From contig JBDRAN010000059.1 of the NCBI GenBank assembly GCA_043823745.1, positions 9,105-73,104 on the forward strand: 64,000 nucleotides of DNA, read 5' to 3'. The DNA is from Candidatus Omnitrophota bacterium. GTDB taxonomy: Bacteria; Omnitrophota; Gorgyraeia; Duberdicusellales; 4484-171. The position numbers and the translations under genes were made by a program. Under the pieces are notes generated by a model, which made no database searches, was not told the origin of the DNA, and saw nothing but the letters and a program-made list of their open reading frames with translations. Of this stretch, positions 34,794 through 44,872 are shown piece by piece; position 1 is the first letter of the stretch; every line of letters begins with the position of its first letter.

Positions 34794-36560
34794 ATGGCAA
34801 ACGCGGTAGAAAAATGGGTTGATGAGGCAGCGCGGCTCTTTGAGCCAAAGCGTATTCATTTTTGTGACGGCTCCCAGAAAGAGGCCGAGCGTCTTATCGA
34901 AGTCGGCATGAACGAAGAAACTATTGAAGGTAAGCCGATTTTTTCAAAGCTTAACCACGACTCCTGGCCCAACGCGTATCTGCACCGTAGTCATTCCAGC
35001 GACGTCGCCCGTACGGAAAATCTCACCTTTGTCTGTCATCAAACCAAGGCCCTTGCAGGCCCCAATAATAACTGGATGGCGCCGCAAGAGGCAAAAGAGC
35101 GCCTTACGAAGTTAAGCCGCGGCGCGATGGCTGGACGCACGATGTATGTAATGCCGTTTGTCATGGGCCATCCCGATTCGCCTGCGGCAAAATTTTGCGT
35201 GCAAGTGACCGATGTAAGTTATGTAGTTTTAAGTATGCGCATCATGACGCGTATGGGCAGTGACGCTTTAGCGCGCATCGGTACGCGCAGCGATTTTATC
35301 AAAGGGCTTCATTCAATCGGAGAGCTTGATCCTGCCAAGCGTCTTATCGTGCATTTTCCGCAGGATAGCTTAGTCTGGAGTGTTGGTTCAGGCTACGGTG
35401 GCAACGCGCTTCTTGGTAAAAAATGTATTTCATTGAGGCTTGCCTCATGGATCGGTTTTAACGAAGGCTGGCTCGCCGAGCATATGATTATTATCGGCGT
35501 GGAGGATCCGCAAGGGAACATTGAATATCTTGCCGCGGCACTTCCTTCGGCATGTGGCAAGACGAATCTTGCCATGTTGCGTTCAAGTTTGCCCGGCTAC
35601 AAAGTGTGGACCCTCGGCGATGATATCGCCTGGCTTCGGGTTGGAACAGATGGTAGGCTTTGGGCTAACAACCCTGAGATGGGTTTCTTTGGCGTTGCTC
35701 CCGGAACAAGCACTAAAACAAATCCTTTAATGATCGAGACACTTAAAAAAGGGACATTTTATCCTACTCTTTTTACCAATACCGCGCTTAATACCGACAC
35801 CAATGAACCGTGGTGGGAGGATTTAAGCGAAAAGCATCCGGCGCATTTACTTGATTGGCAGGGAAACGCTTACACCCTGGGGCAGAAAGCGGCACATCCG
35901 AATTCCCGTTTTACCGTTTCTGTTACCCAATGCCCCGCGCTATCCAAAGAATTCAATAATCCCCAGGGCGTGCCCATTTCGGGAATTATTTTAGGAGGCC
36001 GGCGCTCAAGCCTGATTCCCCTGGTCTATGAGAGCTTTGACTGGAAGCATGGGGTTTTCTCCGGCGCGATGATGGGCTCTGAAACGACTGCTGCCGCTGC
36101 CGGTCAGGTGGGCATATTGCGCAGAGACCCGATGGCTATGCTTCCTTTCTGTGGCTATAATATGGGTGATTATTTCAGTCATTGGCTTCGCGTAGGCAAG
36201 AAACTCACCCATCCGCCGAAGATGTTTTTTGTGAACTGGTTTAAGAAAGATGAGTCGGGAAAGTTTCTCTGGCCCGGTTTTGGCGAGAATATCCGCGTGC
36301 TCAAATGGGTCATCGAGCGCACCAGGGGCTCCGGCGGAACAAAAGAAACACACATCGGCCATGTTCCCGATATTAAAAGTTTTGACACAACTGGTCTAGC
36401 GATCCCTCAGGAAAATCTAGCCAAGCTCTTTTCTATCGATGAAGATAAATGGGATACGGAGTTAAAAGAGGCAGAGGGATTTTTTGAGAAGTTTGGCGCG
36501 CAGATGCCTGCCGAGCTTCACGAAGAGTTTGATGTTTTAGAGAAAAAATTAAAGGGCTGA
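34794..36560 (+). CDS. pckG: Phosphoenolpyruvate carboxykinase (GTP)
   Basis: 588 aa; PEPCK-GTP motifs including the kinase-1a GSGYGGN region and the phosphate-binding AALPSACGKTNLAML; conserved N-terminus. Confidence 0.9.
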   Translation: MANAVEKWVDEAARLFEPKRIHFCDGSQKEAERLIEVGMNEETIEGKPIFSKLNHDSWPNAYLHRSHSSDVARTENLTFVCHQTKALAGPNNNWMAPQEAKERLTKLSRGAMAGRTMYVMPFVMGHPDSPAAKFCVQVTDVSYVVLSMRIMTRMGSDALARIGTRSDFIKGLHSIGELDPAKRLIVHFPQDSLVWSVGSGYGGNALLGKKCISLRLASWIGFNEGWLAEHMIIIGVEDPQGNIEYLAAALPSACGKTNLAMLRSSLPGYKVWTLGDDIAWLRVGTDGRLWANNPEMGFFGVAPGTSTKTNPLMIETLKKGTFYPTLFTNTALNTDTNEPWWEDLSEKHPAHLLDWQGNAYTLGQKAAHPNSRFTVSVTQCPALSKEFNNPQGVPISGIILGGRRSSLIPLVYESFDWKHGVFSGAMMGSETTAAAAGQVGILRRDPMAMLPFCGYNMGDYFSHWLRVGKKLTHPPKMFFVNWFKKDESGKFLWPGFGENIRVLKWVIERTRGSGGTKETHIGHVPDIKSFDTTGLAIPQENLAKLFSIDEDKWDTELKEAEGFFEKFGAQMPAELHEEFDVLEKKLKG

Positions 36561-37447
36561 TGGAAGAAGTGCTGCTGACGACAAATCTGGCCGGGGTCAA
36601 ACTTGCCAAGCGAGGTAAGGTGCGCGACGTGTATGACGTTGGAGAGCACCTGCTCATTGTTTCCACCGACCGCATTTCCGCCTTTGATGTAGTGATGCCT
36701 AACGGCATCCCCAATAAAGGAAAAGTTCTCAATACAATCTCGCTCTTTTGGTTTGATTATGTAAAAGATATTATCCCTAATCACGTCGTTACTGCAGACG
36801 TTAATGAATACCCCCGTGAACTTGCGCCGCATCGCGACATTTTGCGTGGTCGCTCGATGCTGGTGAAAAAAACAAAACCGCTGGCTTTCGAGTGCGTTGT
36901 CCGCGGTTACCTTGCGGGTTCTGCGTACAAAGAATATAAGGAAAAGCAGGAAATTGCAGGAATAAAGCTTCCTTCGGGATTGCTGGAAAGTTCACGTTTC
37001 CCCGAGCCGCTCTTTACGCCTGCAACCAAAGAAGAACAGGGCCATGATATTAATGTTAGCGTCTCCGATATGGAGCGCGGCGCGGGCGTTGAACTAACGA
37101 GCCGCGTTAAAGACGCCAGTTTAAAGGTCTATAACGCAGCGGTTGAATACGCCGCCGCCAAGAGCATCATTATTGCCGACACCAAGTTTGAGTTTGGTGT
37201 CGCCGGCGATGCGGTTATTTTAATCGATGAGGTGCTGACGCCGGACTCTTCGCGTTTCTGGCCAAGCGCCGATTACTCACCCGGCAGGCCACAGGCAAGT
37301 TTTGATAAGCAGTTTGTCCGTGATTACCTCGAGAGTATTTCCTGGAACAAAACTCCACCCGCTCCGATTCTTCCCCGCGACGTGGTCGCAAAGACCGAAG
37401 AAAAATACAAAGAAGCTTTAAAAGTGCTCACCGGGATTTCTCTTTAA
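36560..37447 (+). CDS. purC: Phosphoribosylaminoimidazole-succinocarboxamide synthase (SAICAR synthetase)
   Basis: RGKVRDVYDVGEHLLIVSTDRISAFD N-terminal signature of PurC; 295 aa. Confidence 0.9.
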   Translation: MEEVLLTTNLAGVKLAKRGKVRDVYDVGEHLLIVSTDRISAFDVVMPNGIPNKGKVLNTISLFWFDYVKDIIPNHVVTADVNEYPRELAPHRDILRGRSMLVKKTKPLAFECVVRGYLAGSAYKEYKEKQEIAGIKLPSGLLESSRFPEPLFTPATKEEQGHDINVSVSDMERGAGVELTSRVKDASLKVYNAAVEYAAAKSIIIADTKFEFGVAGDAVILIDEVLTPDSSRFWPSADYSPGRPQASFDKQFVRDYLESISWNKTPPAPILPRDVVAKTEEKYKEALKVLTGISL

Positions 37448-38049
37448 CTTCACTAAGGCATTAGTGTTATTTACCCGAACCCCCTTACAGGAAGACTTCG
37501 TTTGGGCCGACTCCTAATCTTCCATAGCCTCGGGCTTGGAAAATTTTGATAAGTCGGGGGGTCCTATGAGAAATATATCTCACATCGCTTCGCAATTATT
37601 AACCGGAAAAATGCCTTTGCCTACTAAAATGTTTTATACGTGTCTTATGCGCCTCACGTTAAACAATGAGTGGACTGTACCATTTGGTTCTCGGCATTTT
37701 TTCCGGTAACCTCGCCGTGATCTGAACTTTACCTTTATGTTTCTTTGATATTTAACGGTAAAGTTCAGCCCAACAGGGCGTCCTGGTGGACAGCGGCGCC
37801 CCACAGGGCAAAAAATGCAACTGCATTTTTTGGGTTAAGGTAAAACCGCGGGATATCCAAAAATATTTTTTTACCCATGGCCTGACTTGTCAGGCGACCG
37901 ATTGAGGGTTTCACTCCATGAGCCTTAAGTCCTGCCGAGGAGTAGTCGCCGTTACAAGGCGGCTAAACTTCACGATACGCATTGTTTTTTTTATACGCAA
38001 TGGTATAATTTTTTTAAGCCAGAAGAATAGTGTATAATTTATAAAGGGT
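37448..38049. other. 600-bp non-coding region with several strong hairpins: CTGAACTTTACC/GGTAAAGTTCAG with a ~30-nt loop; AAAAAATGCA-ac-TGCATTTTTT; GGCGAC/GTCGCC. Possible structured ncRNA and/or regulatory leader for the downstream PilZ genes.
   Basis: No ORF longer than 60 aa on either strand; inverted repeats read directly from the sequence. I could find no match to tmRNA, RNase P or SRP consensus cores. Confidence 0.2.
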
Positions 38050-38412
38050 ATGTTGATAGCAAAGACAAAGAAGGAAAAGCGTAAAAGTCAAAGGCTCTCT
38101 ATTTGTTTTCCGGTAAAGTACAAACTCAAGCAACATACCCCCCTTAGAAACGCAATTGTCTGCCGTGACATTAGCGGCCATGGCGTAAGCATTCTTGCGC
38201 ACGAAGTATTAAAGACAAATCATAAACTTAATGTAATGCTCTACCCGAAGGGGAGTTGTAAGCCCATAGATGCGTTGTGTAAAGTAGTCTGGTGCAGGCA
38301 AAGCTATAAGGGTGCATTTGAGGCAGGCCTTGAATTCTTAAAAATTAAACAGGAACAACAATTCATAGATTTTCTTTGCAGTAATCTTATTGAATCGTCG
38401 CTTAAAAAGTGA
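38050..38412 (+). CDS. PilZ-domain protein (c-di-GMP-binding)
   Basis: RxxxR-like KRKSQRL and D-x-S-x-x-G (CRDISGHGVSI) motifs. Confidence 0.6.
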   Translation: MLIAKTKKEKRKSQRLSICFPVKYKLKQHTPLRNAIVCRDISGHGVSILAHEVLKTNHKLNVMLYPKGSCKPIDALCKVVWCRQSYKGAFEAGLEFLKIKQEQQFIDFLCSNLIESSLKK

Positions 38413-38511
38413 AGCTCCGTCGCCTTATGACGGTGGTTAGGGCTTACATCCATGGAACGAAACCCTGAGCCATGCGTGGTTTATGGGTAAATACAACGGA
38501 GGGATGCGTGT

Positions 38512-38913
38512 ATGCGTAAGAAGTCTTACAAAGAAAAGAGGAAAGCGCAACGTCTCAACCTTTCTTTACCCTTCGAATATCACTCTGCACGAGGCAAGAA
38601 GGTCTCTTCGAAAAGAATATGTACGAGAGATATAAGTGGTTCAGGAATAGGGTTTCGTCTCGCTCACCCCGTAGCCGTGAGGGCGCGTTTAGGGATATTA
38701 TTATATTTTCCTACTGATAAGCGGCCTATATCGTCAGTGGCCGAGGTTGTACGGTGCACCAAACGTGTGATTAAGGGAAAACCTTTGTATGATGTAGGGG
38801 TAAAGCATCTTAAGATTGCCGCCAAAGACAGAGAGAGGTTTGTTTTTTCTTTCTGTGAAACGATGATAAATCATTTCGTGTTGCCCGTGGGGGTAGCAGT
38901 TGATGAAAAATGA
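38512..38913 (+). CDS. PilZ-domain protein (second paralogue)
   Basis: KRKAQRLNL and TRDISGSGIGF motifs. Confidence 0.6.
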   Translation: MRKKSYKEKRKAQRLNLSLPFEYHSARGKKVSSKRICTRDISGSGIGFRLAHPVAVRARLGILLYFPTDKRPISSVAEVVRCTKRVIKGKPLYDVGVKHLKIAAKDRERFVFSFCETMINHFVLPVGVAVDEK

Positions 38914-39295
38914 TCCGGTAAAGAAAATTCTTATTGTCGACGATGAAACAGAAACCCGCCGACTTATCGCTGCGTATCTGGCGAGACGAAAAAAGTATGA
39001 GACGCATGAAGTAGGGAGCGGTATCGAAGCCTTAGAGGTTCTCAATACAATTAAGCCAGACCTGATTATTCTCGACGTAATAATGCCTTGTATGGATGGT
39101 TTCCAGCTTTTAAAAAAACTCAAAGAAGAGCCAAAGTATTTCACTATACCGGTGATTATGTTGACCGTTAAAAGTTCTTCTAAATGTCTTGACGCGGGGA
39201 TTTCTTTGGGGGCAGATTTCTACCTGCCCAAGCCGTTTCAGCTTTCTAACCTTATGAAATTTATCAATTTGGTGTTAGATAATGGCGTCCAATAA
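38900..39295 (+). CDS. Single-domain response regulator (CheY-like receiver)
   Basis: ILIVDDE, phospho-acceptor Asp in LIILDVIMP, and conserved T and K positions (MLTVKSS...YLPKPF). Confidence 0.8.
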   Translation: MMKNDPVKKILIVDDETETRRLIAAYLARRKKYETHEVGSGIEALEVLNTIKPDLIILDVIMPCMDGFQLLKKLKEEPKYFTIPVIMLTVKSSSKCLDAGISLGADFYLPKPFQLSNLMKFINLVLDNGVQ

Positions 39296-40085
39296 GGTTA
39301 TTTATCGCGTTGCACGTACGAGAGATGAACTTGAAGGGGTCTACGCACTTGTTTACAAAGAGTACCTGCGGCGCGGTTATATCCCCAAAGGCTACAGCAA
39401 TAACTTACGTCTTTCCCTCTATAACGCTCTTCCCGATACAACTACTTTTATTGCGAAACAACAACGTACGCTGGCAGCGACGGTGACGCTGGTCCCCGAT
39501 TCAAAGCTGGGCATTCTCATGGATAAACTCTATAAAAATGAAGTTGATGTCCTGCGTAGTCAGGGTCGCCGCGTTGCGGAAGTCTCACAGCTTGCTATTA
39601 ACAGCGCATTTTTTCCACAAGGATTATTTTCGATGTTTAATTTCAACAAATTAATTTTTCTTTTCAAACTTTTTAGACAGGTGCTTGATTATGCATTTTT
39701 CGTCGAAAAACTGACTGATCTGTGCATTGCGTTTAATCCTCGGCACCAGCATCTGTATCGCTTTCTGCAATTTGAACAAATAGGAGGGCTTAAATATTAC
39801 GGAGCGTTTCACTCTCCGGCTATCGCCATGCATCTCGATCTTACAAGAGTCCAGGAAAAAGCAAAAAAGCGCAAAGGTCTCTACAAAATATTTTTTTCGG
39901 GAAAACCCGATCTATCAGCTTTTAAAGGAAAATATCACATAACGCCGGAGGACCTGGAATATTTTTTTATAAAGAAATCAGATATTTTTAAAAAAGCATC
40001 AAAGGTAGAGCTAGGCGCTCTTAAGTGCTATTATCCGCCGGATGCGTTTTCAGCGCTTATCAAAAAAATAAGCGCGCGGCCTTAA
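39282..40085 (+). CDS. FeeM/OlsB/LuxI-fold N-acyltransferase-like protein (acyl-CoA N-acyltransferase superfamily, N-acyl amino acid synthase-like)
   Basis: R-x-x-E-V-S-Q-L-A-I motif (RVAEVSQLAIN), resembling the E-x-S-R-L-A-V core of the LuxI/FeeM/OlsB fold; ~267 aa. Confidence 0.5.
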   Translation: MASNKVIYRVARTRDELEGVYALVYKEYLRRGYIPKGYSNNLRLSLYNALPDTTTFIAKQQRTLAATVTLVPDSKLGILMDKLYKNEVDVLRSQGRRVAEVSQLAINSAFFPQGLFSMFNFNKLIFLFKLFRQVLDYAFFVEKLTDLCIAFNPRHQHLYRFLQFEQIGGLKYYGAFHSPAIAMHLDLTRVQEKAKKRKGLYKIFFSGKPDLSAFKGKYHITPEDLEYFFIKKSDIFKKASKVELGALKCYYPPDAFSALIKKISARP

Positions 40086-40100
40086 GGGGGAGGAAATTTT

Positions 40101-40358
40101 ATGCAGCGCTGTAAAAAATGTATAATGCCTTCAAATTATCCCGGTATATCATTCAACGAAAAAGGCATTTGTAATTTTTGCGCAGCACAGATGTCTCCGG
40201 ATGTTGCGAAAGACGCACAAGAAGCATTCTATAATGATTTCCGGAATACCGTGAATAATGCGCGCGGAAAGGGAAGAGAATATGACTGTTTAATTTCCTT
40301 AAGCGGCGGCAAGGATAACGTGTGCCGAGCATATTTGGGAATAAGGAGTATAAGGTAA
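40101..40358 (+). pseudogene. Remnant of an N-acetyl-sugar amidotransferase-type PP-loop ATP-pyrophosphatase (WbuX/LPS-biosynthesis family): N-terminal zinc ribbon plus the start of the PP-loop only
   Basis: CKKC...CNFC zinc ribbon followed by LISLSGGKDN (an SGGxDS PP-loop variant). The ORF stops ~20 aa later at 85 aa, whereas full-length family members are ~370 aa. Confidence 0.45.
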
Positions 40359-40470
40359 AGTCCCGACTCTTAGGATAGCGAGTGGTTAGAAGGGCCGCGG
40401 CGATGGCAATAAGAGTGCTAGTTTTTTATGAATGGCGTCATTGGCATGCAACGCGCGCAAATAGCAAGGG

Positions 40471-42207
40471 GTGATTTTGGCAAAAGGGATATTGATTAGT
40501 TACGCGGGTTACCCTTACACTCCCTCCAGTCTTCTACCAGATAATGGGTTAGCTAATTTGGCAGGTGCCCTTATTCAGAACGGTCATGAGGTGTTGGTGC
40601 TCGATTATGGAACCGTGGATGTGGTTAAAAGATTGGTGCCAACAGATATCGGCATTGCCTTGAAGGATATATATAACAAGGCCAAGAAAATAAAAGAGAA
40701 AAAAGGTTCTTCCGCGCTCCAGAAAATGTTTCTTTTCCATACATTGCGGCACATTGATAGAGCGCTCACGAAACACCAGAACAATCAGACGTTAATGATG
40801 GCCGAAGAGCTTCTCGATTTAATAAAAGAACAAAAACCCGATTTTGTTGGTTTTAAATTATGGGTCGGAGATGGTTTTGCTGCGTCCGTGAAGATGGCGG
40901 AAATCATAAAAAGAAAGTTTCCGCACATAAAACTGTTTGGCGGCGGGCCATTGTTGGATGAAGCCGAAGAAGTAACCATGGAGGTTGCACCAGTATTTGA
41001 TGCAGTCTCCTTTGCTGAGGGTGAAGAAACTATTGTAGATTTGGCCCTGTACTGTGAGGGCAAGAAAGCCCTATCCGAGATCAGTAATCTTATTTACAAA
41101 ACGGACAAGAAGCGTATTGTTAAAACAGGAAAGAAGATAATAGACGATTTAGATAGTTTGTCCTTACCGGTGTATGACGAAGCCATATATCCTGCGATGA
41201 AAGACGGTCAGAAAATTAAGATAATATTATTAGATGAAAGCAGAGGGTGTCCGTATCGATGTTTTTTTTGCCCCCATGAGCATAAGAGTGGAGGCAAACG
41301 AAGGACTAAATCACCTCAACGGATTTTTCAAGAAATAAAACGTTTGGTCGAATCGTACGGTATCCATGCCTTTCGATATGCCGGTTCATGCACTCCCTTT
41401 GAGACTTTGAACGAGGTAGCCAACAATATTTTAAGTGATAATTTAGACGTACTGTATACTTCATACGCCAACGCAAAACTTGCCGATCTTAATAATCTTG
41501 ATCTACTGAAAAGGAGTGGTCTTCATGCTTTATTCTTTGGGATTGAAACTGGAGACGACAGAATATTGCATGAAATGATGAATAAACGAATGGTTTCTGT
41601 AGAACTGATAAAAAATAAAGTGCAGGGCGCCATTGAAAAGGGCATCTTTTGTGTCGGGAGCGTAATCTTTCCCGCACCAGGAGAAACTCCTCAGACTCGA
41701 GATAAATTATTGGGTGTGCTTAAGGAAATATATACGCATGAGGAGAGTGGCTCTGTGCAAGTTCAATTTCCGGGACTTTTTACGGGAACTGAGTGGTATA
41801 GAAACACAGCAAAATTCGGATTTAAAATAAAAAATCAGAAGACCTATAAACGGGATATGCTTAATTATAAAATAAAACTGCTTTTTCCTCCGACCTTCTG
41901 GAAACCCCTGCCGTATACTATCGATGGAAAGGGTTACAAACAGTTTGCTAAGGAAACAGAAAAGTTCGCTAATGAATTAGAAAAAAGTAATATTTTAACT
42001 CTGGTTACCGATGAAATGGCTCTTTCGGCGCGTTTACTTGGGGTAACCCCAAAACAGTATAGAGATCGTTCCCGGCTTCAACTACTGACTGGAGACTGGG
42101 AGAGTATTTCGAGAGATGTTCAGACAATAAATCGCGGTATAACGAGTGACGAGCAGTTAAGAATCAATATTCGGCATTCAAACTTCCAAGGGTCTGATAA
42201 CACATGA
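40471..42207 (+). CDS. B12-binding-domain radical SAM protein
   Basis: N-terminal B12-binding-like domain; radical SAM motif ESRGCPYRCFFCPHEH. Confidence 0.8.
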   Translation: MILAKGILISYAGYPYTPSSLLPDNGLANLAGALIQNGHEVLVLDYGTVDVVKRLVPTDIGIALKDIYNKAKKIKEKKGSSALQKMFLFHTLRHIDRALTKHQNNQTLMMAEELLDLIKEQKPDFVGFKLWVGDGFAASVKMAEIIKRKFPHIKLFGGGPLLDEAEEVTMEVAPVFDAVSFAEGEETIVDLALYCEGKKALSEISNLIYKTDKKRIVKTGKKIIDDLDSLSLPVYDEAIYPAMKDGQKIKIILLDESRGCPYRCFFCPHEHKSGGKRRTKSPQRIFQEIKRLVESYGIHAFRYAGSCTPFETLNEVANNILSDNLDVLYTSYANAKLADLNNLDLLKRSGLHALFFGIETGDDRILHEMMNKRMVSVELIKNKVQGAIEKGIFCVGSVIFPAPGETPQTRDKLLGVLKEIYTHEESGSVQVQFPGLFTGTEWYRNTAKFGFKIKNQKTYKRDMLNYKIKLLFPPTFWKPLPYTIDGKGYKQFAKETEKFANELEKSNILTLVTDEMALSARLLGVTPKQYRDRSRLQLLTGDWESISRDVQTINRGITSDEQLRINIRHSNFQGSDNT

Positions 42208-42231
42208 GGATTAAGTTCTTTCTTGTTTCTT

Positions 42232-42624
42232 TCATGGAGAAGTGTACGCCGCTTTCTTGAGTGCATCATCGACAGCTCGTTTGAGCGCATTACTGCTCAT
42301 CGTAGCGCCGCTTACCGCATCAACCTGCGTAGATTGTTCCTCAATTATTTTATCGACAAGAGGCCAAAGCATACTCGTATATCTTCGAAGAGATAGTTGT
42401 GTAATATTTTTTATAGCTTCTATCTTCCCATCTTTTATAATTACTGATACTTTCATTTGTCCGGGAAATTTAAAAGATCTGCCCTCGTACGTTCCATCCG
42501 TAAATTGTTTTTTTTGTTCAATTCCGTCCACGCAGACGGTGACATTCTTTGCGGCAAGGAAAGCAATCAGTAAGAATATGCTTACACTCAGTAAAGAAAT
42601 TTTTATTATTCTTGGCTTATTCAT
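42232..42624 (-). CDS. Secreted or membrane-anchored FMN-binding-domain protein
   Basis: N-terminal signal/anchor; FMN_bind motif VDAVSGATMSSNAL (covalent-FMN Thr/Ser site as in RnfG/NqrC). Confidence 0.6.
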   Translation of the reverse strand: MNKPRIIKISLLSVSIFLLIAFLAAKNVTVCVDGIEQKKQFTDGTYEGRSFKFPGQMKVSVIIKDGKIEAIKNITQLSLRRYTSMLWPLVDKIIEEQSTQVDAVSGATMSSNALKRAVDDALKKAAYTSP

Positions 42625-42717
42625 CGTGCCAGCACAAAACTGTTTTAACTATTAAAATCGTATGATATACTAAAAAATATCATATTTTTCTATTATAGTC
42701 AAGCTTATGCGGAACAT

Positions 42718-43989
42718 ATGCGAATTTTCTTAATAGAAGCGGAAAAAGATAAAACGCGATCCCCGACCTCAGATTGGTTCGACAGCGATACCCACAAATT
42801 TTTATGTCCTTCATTAGGCCCTATTACGCTAGCATCGTTAACTCCAAACGATATAGAGATTAAAGTTCTTGATGAGAAGATCGAGGAAATAGATTTTGAT
42901 GATTTACCCGATATTGCTGCGATTTCATTTAAGACGATGTCGAGTACGAGGGCTTATGAAATAGCGCAGATATACAGAAAAAAGAATGTAAAAGTAATAC
43001 TTGGGGGAATACATGCGTCTCTTCTGCCCGATGAGGCTAAGCAGTATTGCGATACGGTGATTATTGGTGAAGGTGAAGAAGTTTGGCCCCATGTAATAAA
43101 CGATTTACATCGTAACCAACTTTGCCCCTCGTATCATACGCCTCATTTAACTGACCTTTCAACATTGCCTATCCCCAATTTTGGATTATTACAGAACGAA
43201 CGATATATGTGCCACCCCATCCAGGCTTCCCGCGGGTGTTCCTTAAACTGCGATTTTTGCCCCACGCGAGAGATGTTCGGTGGAATTTTTCGCAAAAAGC
43301 CTATCAAGAAAATAGCGGAAGAGGTAAGAGCTGCATTGTCTATCGAGAAAAAATATATTTTTTTTACCGATGACATATTCTGTGCGGGCGATGAACGTTT
43401 TACATTGGAGCTTTTAAAAGAGATACGGAAACTAAAAATTAAGTTTTTTATTATTTCAGATTTCTTAGTGCTGAATAAAAAAATAGTTATTGAGCTTGCG
43501 CGAAGCGGGTGTTGTTATCTATGTCTCAATTTGCCCGGCACTTGCACCCGTGAAGAAATAAAAGCTATCAAGATGATGCAGATGCTCGGTATCAATGTAT
43601 GGGGGTATTTTATGTTTGGATTCCGTTTTCATGGAAAAGATGTTTTTAAGAAAGCATACGATTTTGTCCATACAACTAAGATGAGGCACGTTTCTTTTAC
43701 GGTAATGGCGCCGTATCCTAATACTACCGCCGGAAAAATCCTTGAGAGTCAAGGTAGAATTTTAACCACTGATTGGTCGCTCTACGATCAAGCACACGTA
43801 GTGTGCAAGCCAGAAAAAATGAGTAGCCAGGAGCTTACGGAAGGTTTTATGTGGATAAAAGAAAAGCTTGGATATTTGTCTTATTTTAGTTCGCAAGAGA
43901 GGATGTCGATATGGAGGACATTGACAAGTAAATGTTTGGCAGAAACATTGGGGATATTGCCGGGTAGGGAGAGTAAAAGGTGTCAATAG
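42718..43989 (+). CDS. B12-binding-domain radical SAM protein
   Basis: Radical SAM motif ASRGCSLNCDFCPT, preceded by a B12-binding-like domain. Confidence 0.75.
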   Translation: MRIFLIEAEKDKTRSPTSDWFDSDTHKFLCPSLGPITLASLTPNDIEIKVLDEKIEEIDFDDLPDIAAISFKTMSSTRAYEIAQIYRKKNVKVILGGIHASLLPDEAKQYCDTVIIGEGEEVWPHVINDLHRNQLCPSYHTPHLTDLSTLPIPNFGLLQNERYMCHPIQASRGCSLNCDFCPTREMFGGIFRKKPIKKIAEEVRAALSIEKKYIFFTDDIFCAGDERFTLELLKEIRKLKIKFFIISDFLVLNKKIVIELARSGCCYLCLNLPGTCTREEIKAIKMMQMLGINVWGYFMFGFRFHGKDVFKKAYDFVHTTKMRHVSFTVMAPYPNTTAGKILESQGRILTTDWSLYDQAHVVCKPEKMSSQELTEGFMWIKEKLGYLSYFSSQERMSIWRTLTSKCLAETLGILPGRESKRCQ

Positions 43990-44013
43990 ATTGCTTTCTA
44001 GAGAGGTGGAGAG

Positions 44014-44832
44014 GTGGATAAGGATAAATATTTTTATGATTTTTTAAATCGTTGTATCCCCCTTTTAACTAAAGAAGGCGTTGATAAACTAAGAAACTCT
44101 TCAATTGCAATTGCAGGTTGTGGAGGGGCGGGCGGAGCAGCAGCCATTACCCTGGCACGGATGGGCGTGGGAAATTTTACATTGGCCGATCCCGGCATCT
44201 TTGATGAGCCGGACATCAATCGGCAATGGGCGGCAAATATTCATAATTTGGGAAGAAATAAAACAGATGCCTATGAGGAAATGCTCCTTGATATAAATCC
44301 TCTGGTTTCGATAAAGAAATATCGAGAAGGTGTCGCCGATAATAATGTTACAGATTTTTTAGATGGTGTCGACCTTGTGATTGATTGTCTTGATATTGCG
44401 GTGAGCACCCATCTGAGGTCGACCTTGCATGAAGAAGCCAGAAAAAACGGTGCCTATAGCCTTGTTGCTCCTATATTAAGCTTTGGCGCTATATTTTGTT
44501 GTTCTGCGCCTACGGGGATGTCGATGGAAAGAATAGTAAAGATGATAGAAAAAGGGGGTACGGGAGAAAAATTTCCTAATATTTTTCGAAAGGTTTTTAT
44601 GCCGCAACATTTAGATATTATCGAGAATATGATTGCGACGCATAAGATTCCATCGGTTCCAATCTCCTCCATGATCGCAGCCGCGATGTTAGCCACAGAG
44701 AGTATTTTGATCCTGCTTGACAAAATTATTGTAGGCTCACGCAAGCCTATATGTTTGCCTAAGGTAATAATAACAGACTTTTTTAGGCTGGCTTACCACA
44801 TTGTTGATATCGATACGCTACCCTTAGAGTAA
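44014..44832 (+). CDS. ThiF/MoeB/HesA-family E1-like adenylyltransferase
   Basis: Nucleotide-binding GCGGAGGAAAITLARMGVGNFTLAD; lacks an obvious C-terminal Cys-x2-Cys pair. Confidence 0.75.
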   Translation: MDKDKYFYDFLNRCIPLLTKEGVDKLRNSSIAIAGCGGAGGAAAITLARMGVGNFTLADPGIFDEPDINRQWAANIHNLGRNKTDAYEEMLLDINPLVSIKKYREGVADNNVTDFLDGVDLVIDCLDIAVSTHLRSTLHEEARKNGAYSLVAPILSFGAIFCCSAPTGMSMERIVKMIEKGGTGEKFPNIFRKVFMPQHLDIIENMIATHKIPSVPISSMIAAAMLATESILILLDKIIVGSRKPICLPKVIITDFFRLAYHIVDIDTLPLE

Positions 44833-44872
44833 GCCAGGGTATTCATAAATCACGGGGAGCTAATACGCATAT

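Noticed and set aside
37560-37700. tmRNA candidate (GGGGGGTCC... followed by a short ORF GCA ATT ATT AAC CGG AAA AAT GCC TTT GCC TAC TAA resembling a tag-peptide reading frame)
   Set aside because: There is no tRNA-like 3' end (no GGTTCGANTCC T-arm or CCA-proximal acceptor pairing). The 5' end lacks the conserved tmRNA acceptor/D-like sequence. The tag does not end in the usual ALAA/LAA. I kept it only as an unexplained structured region.
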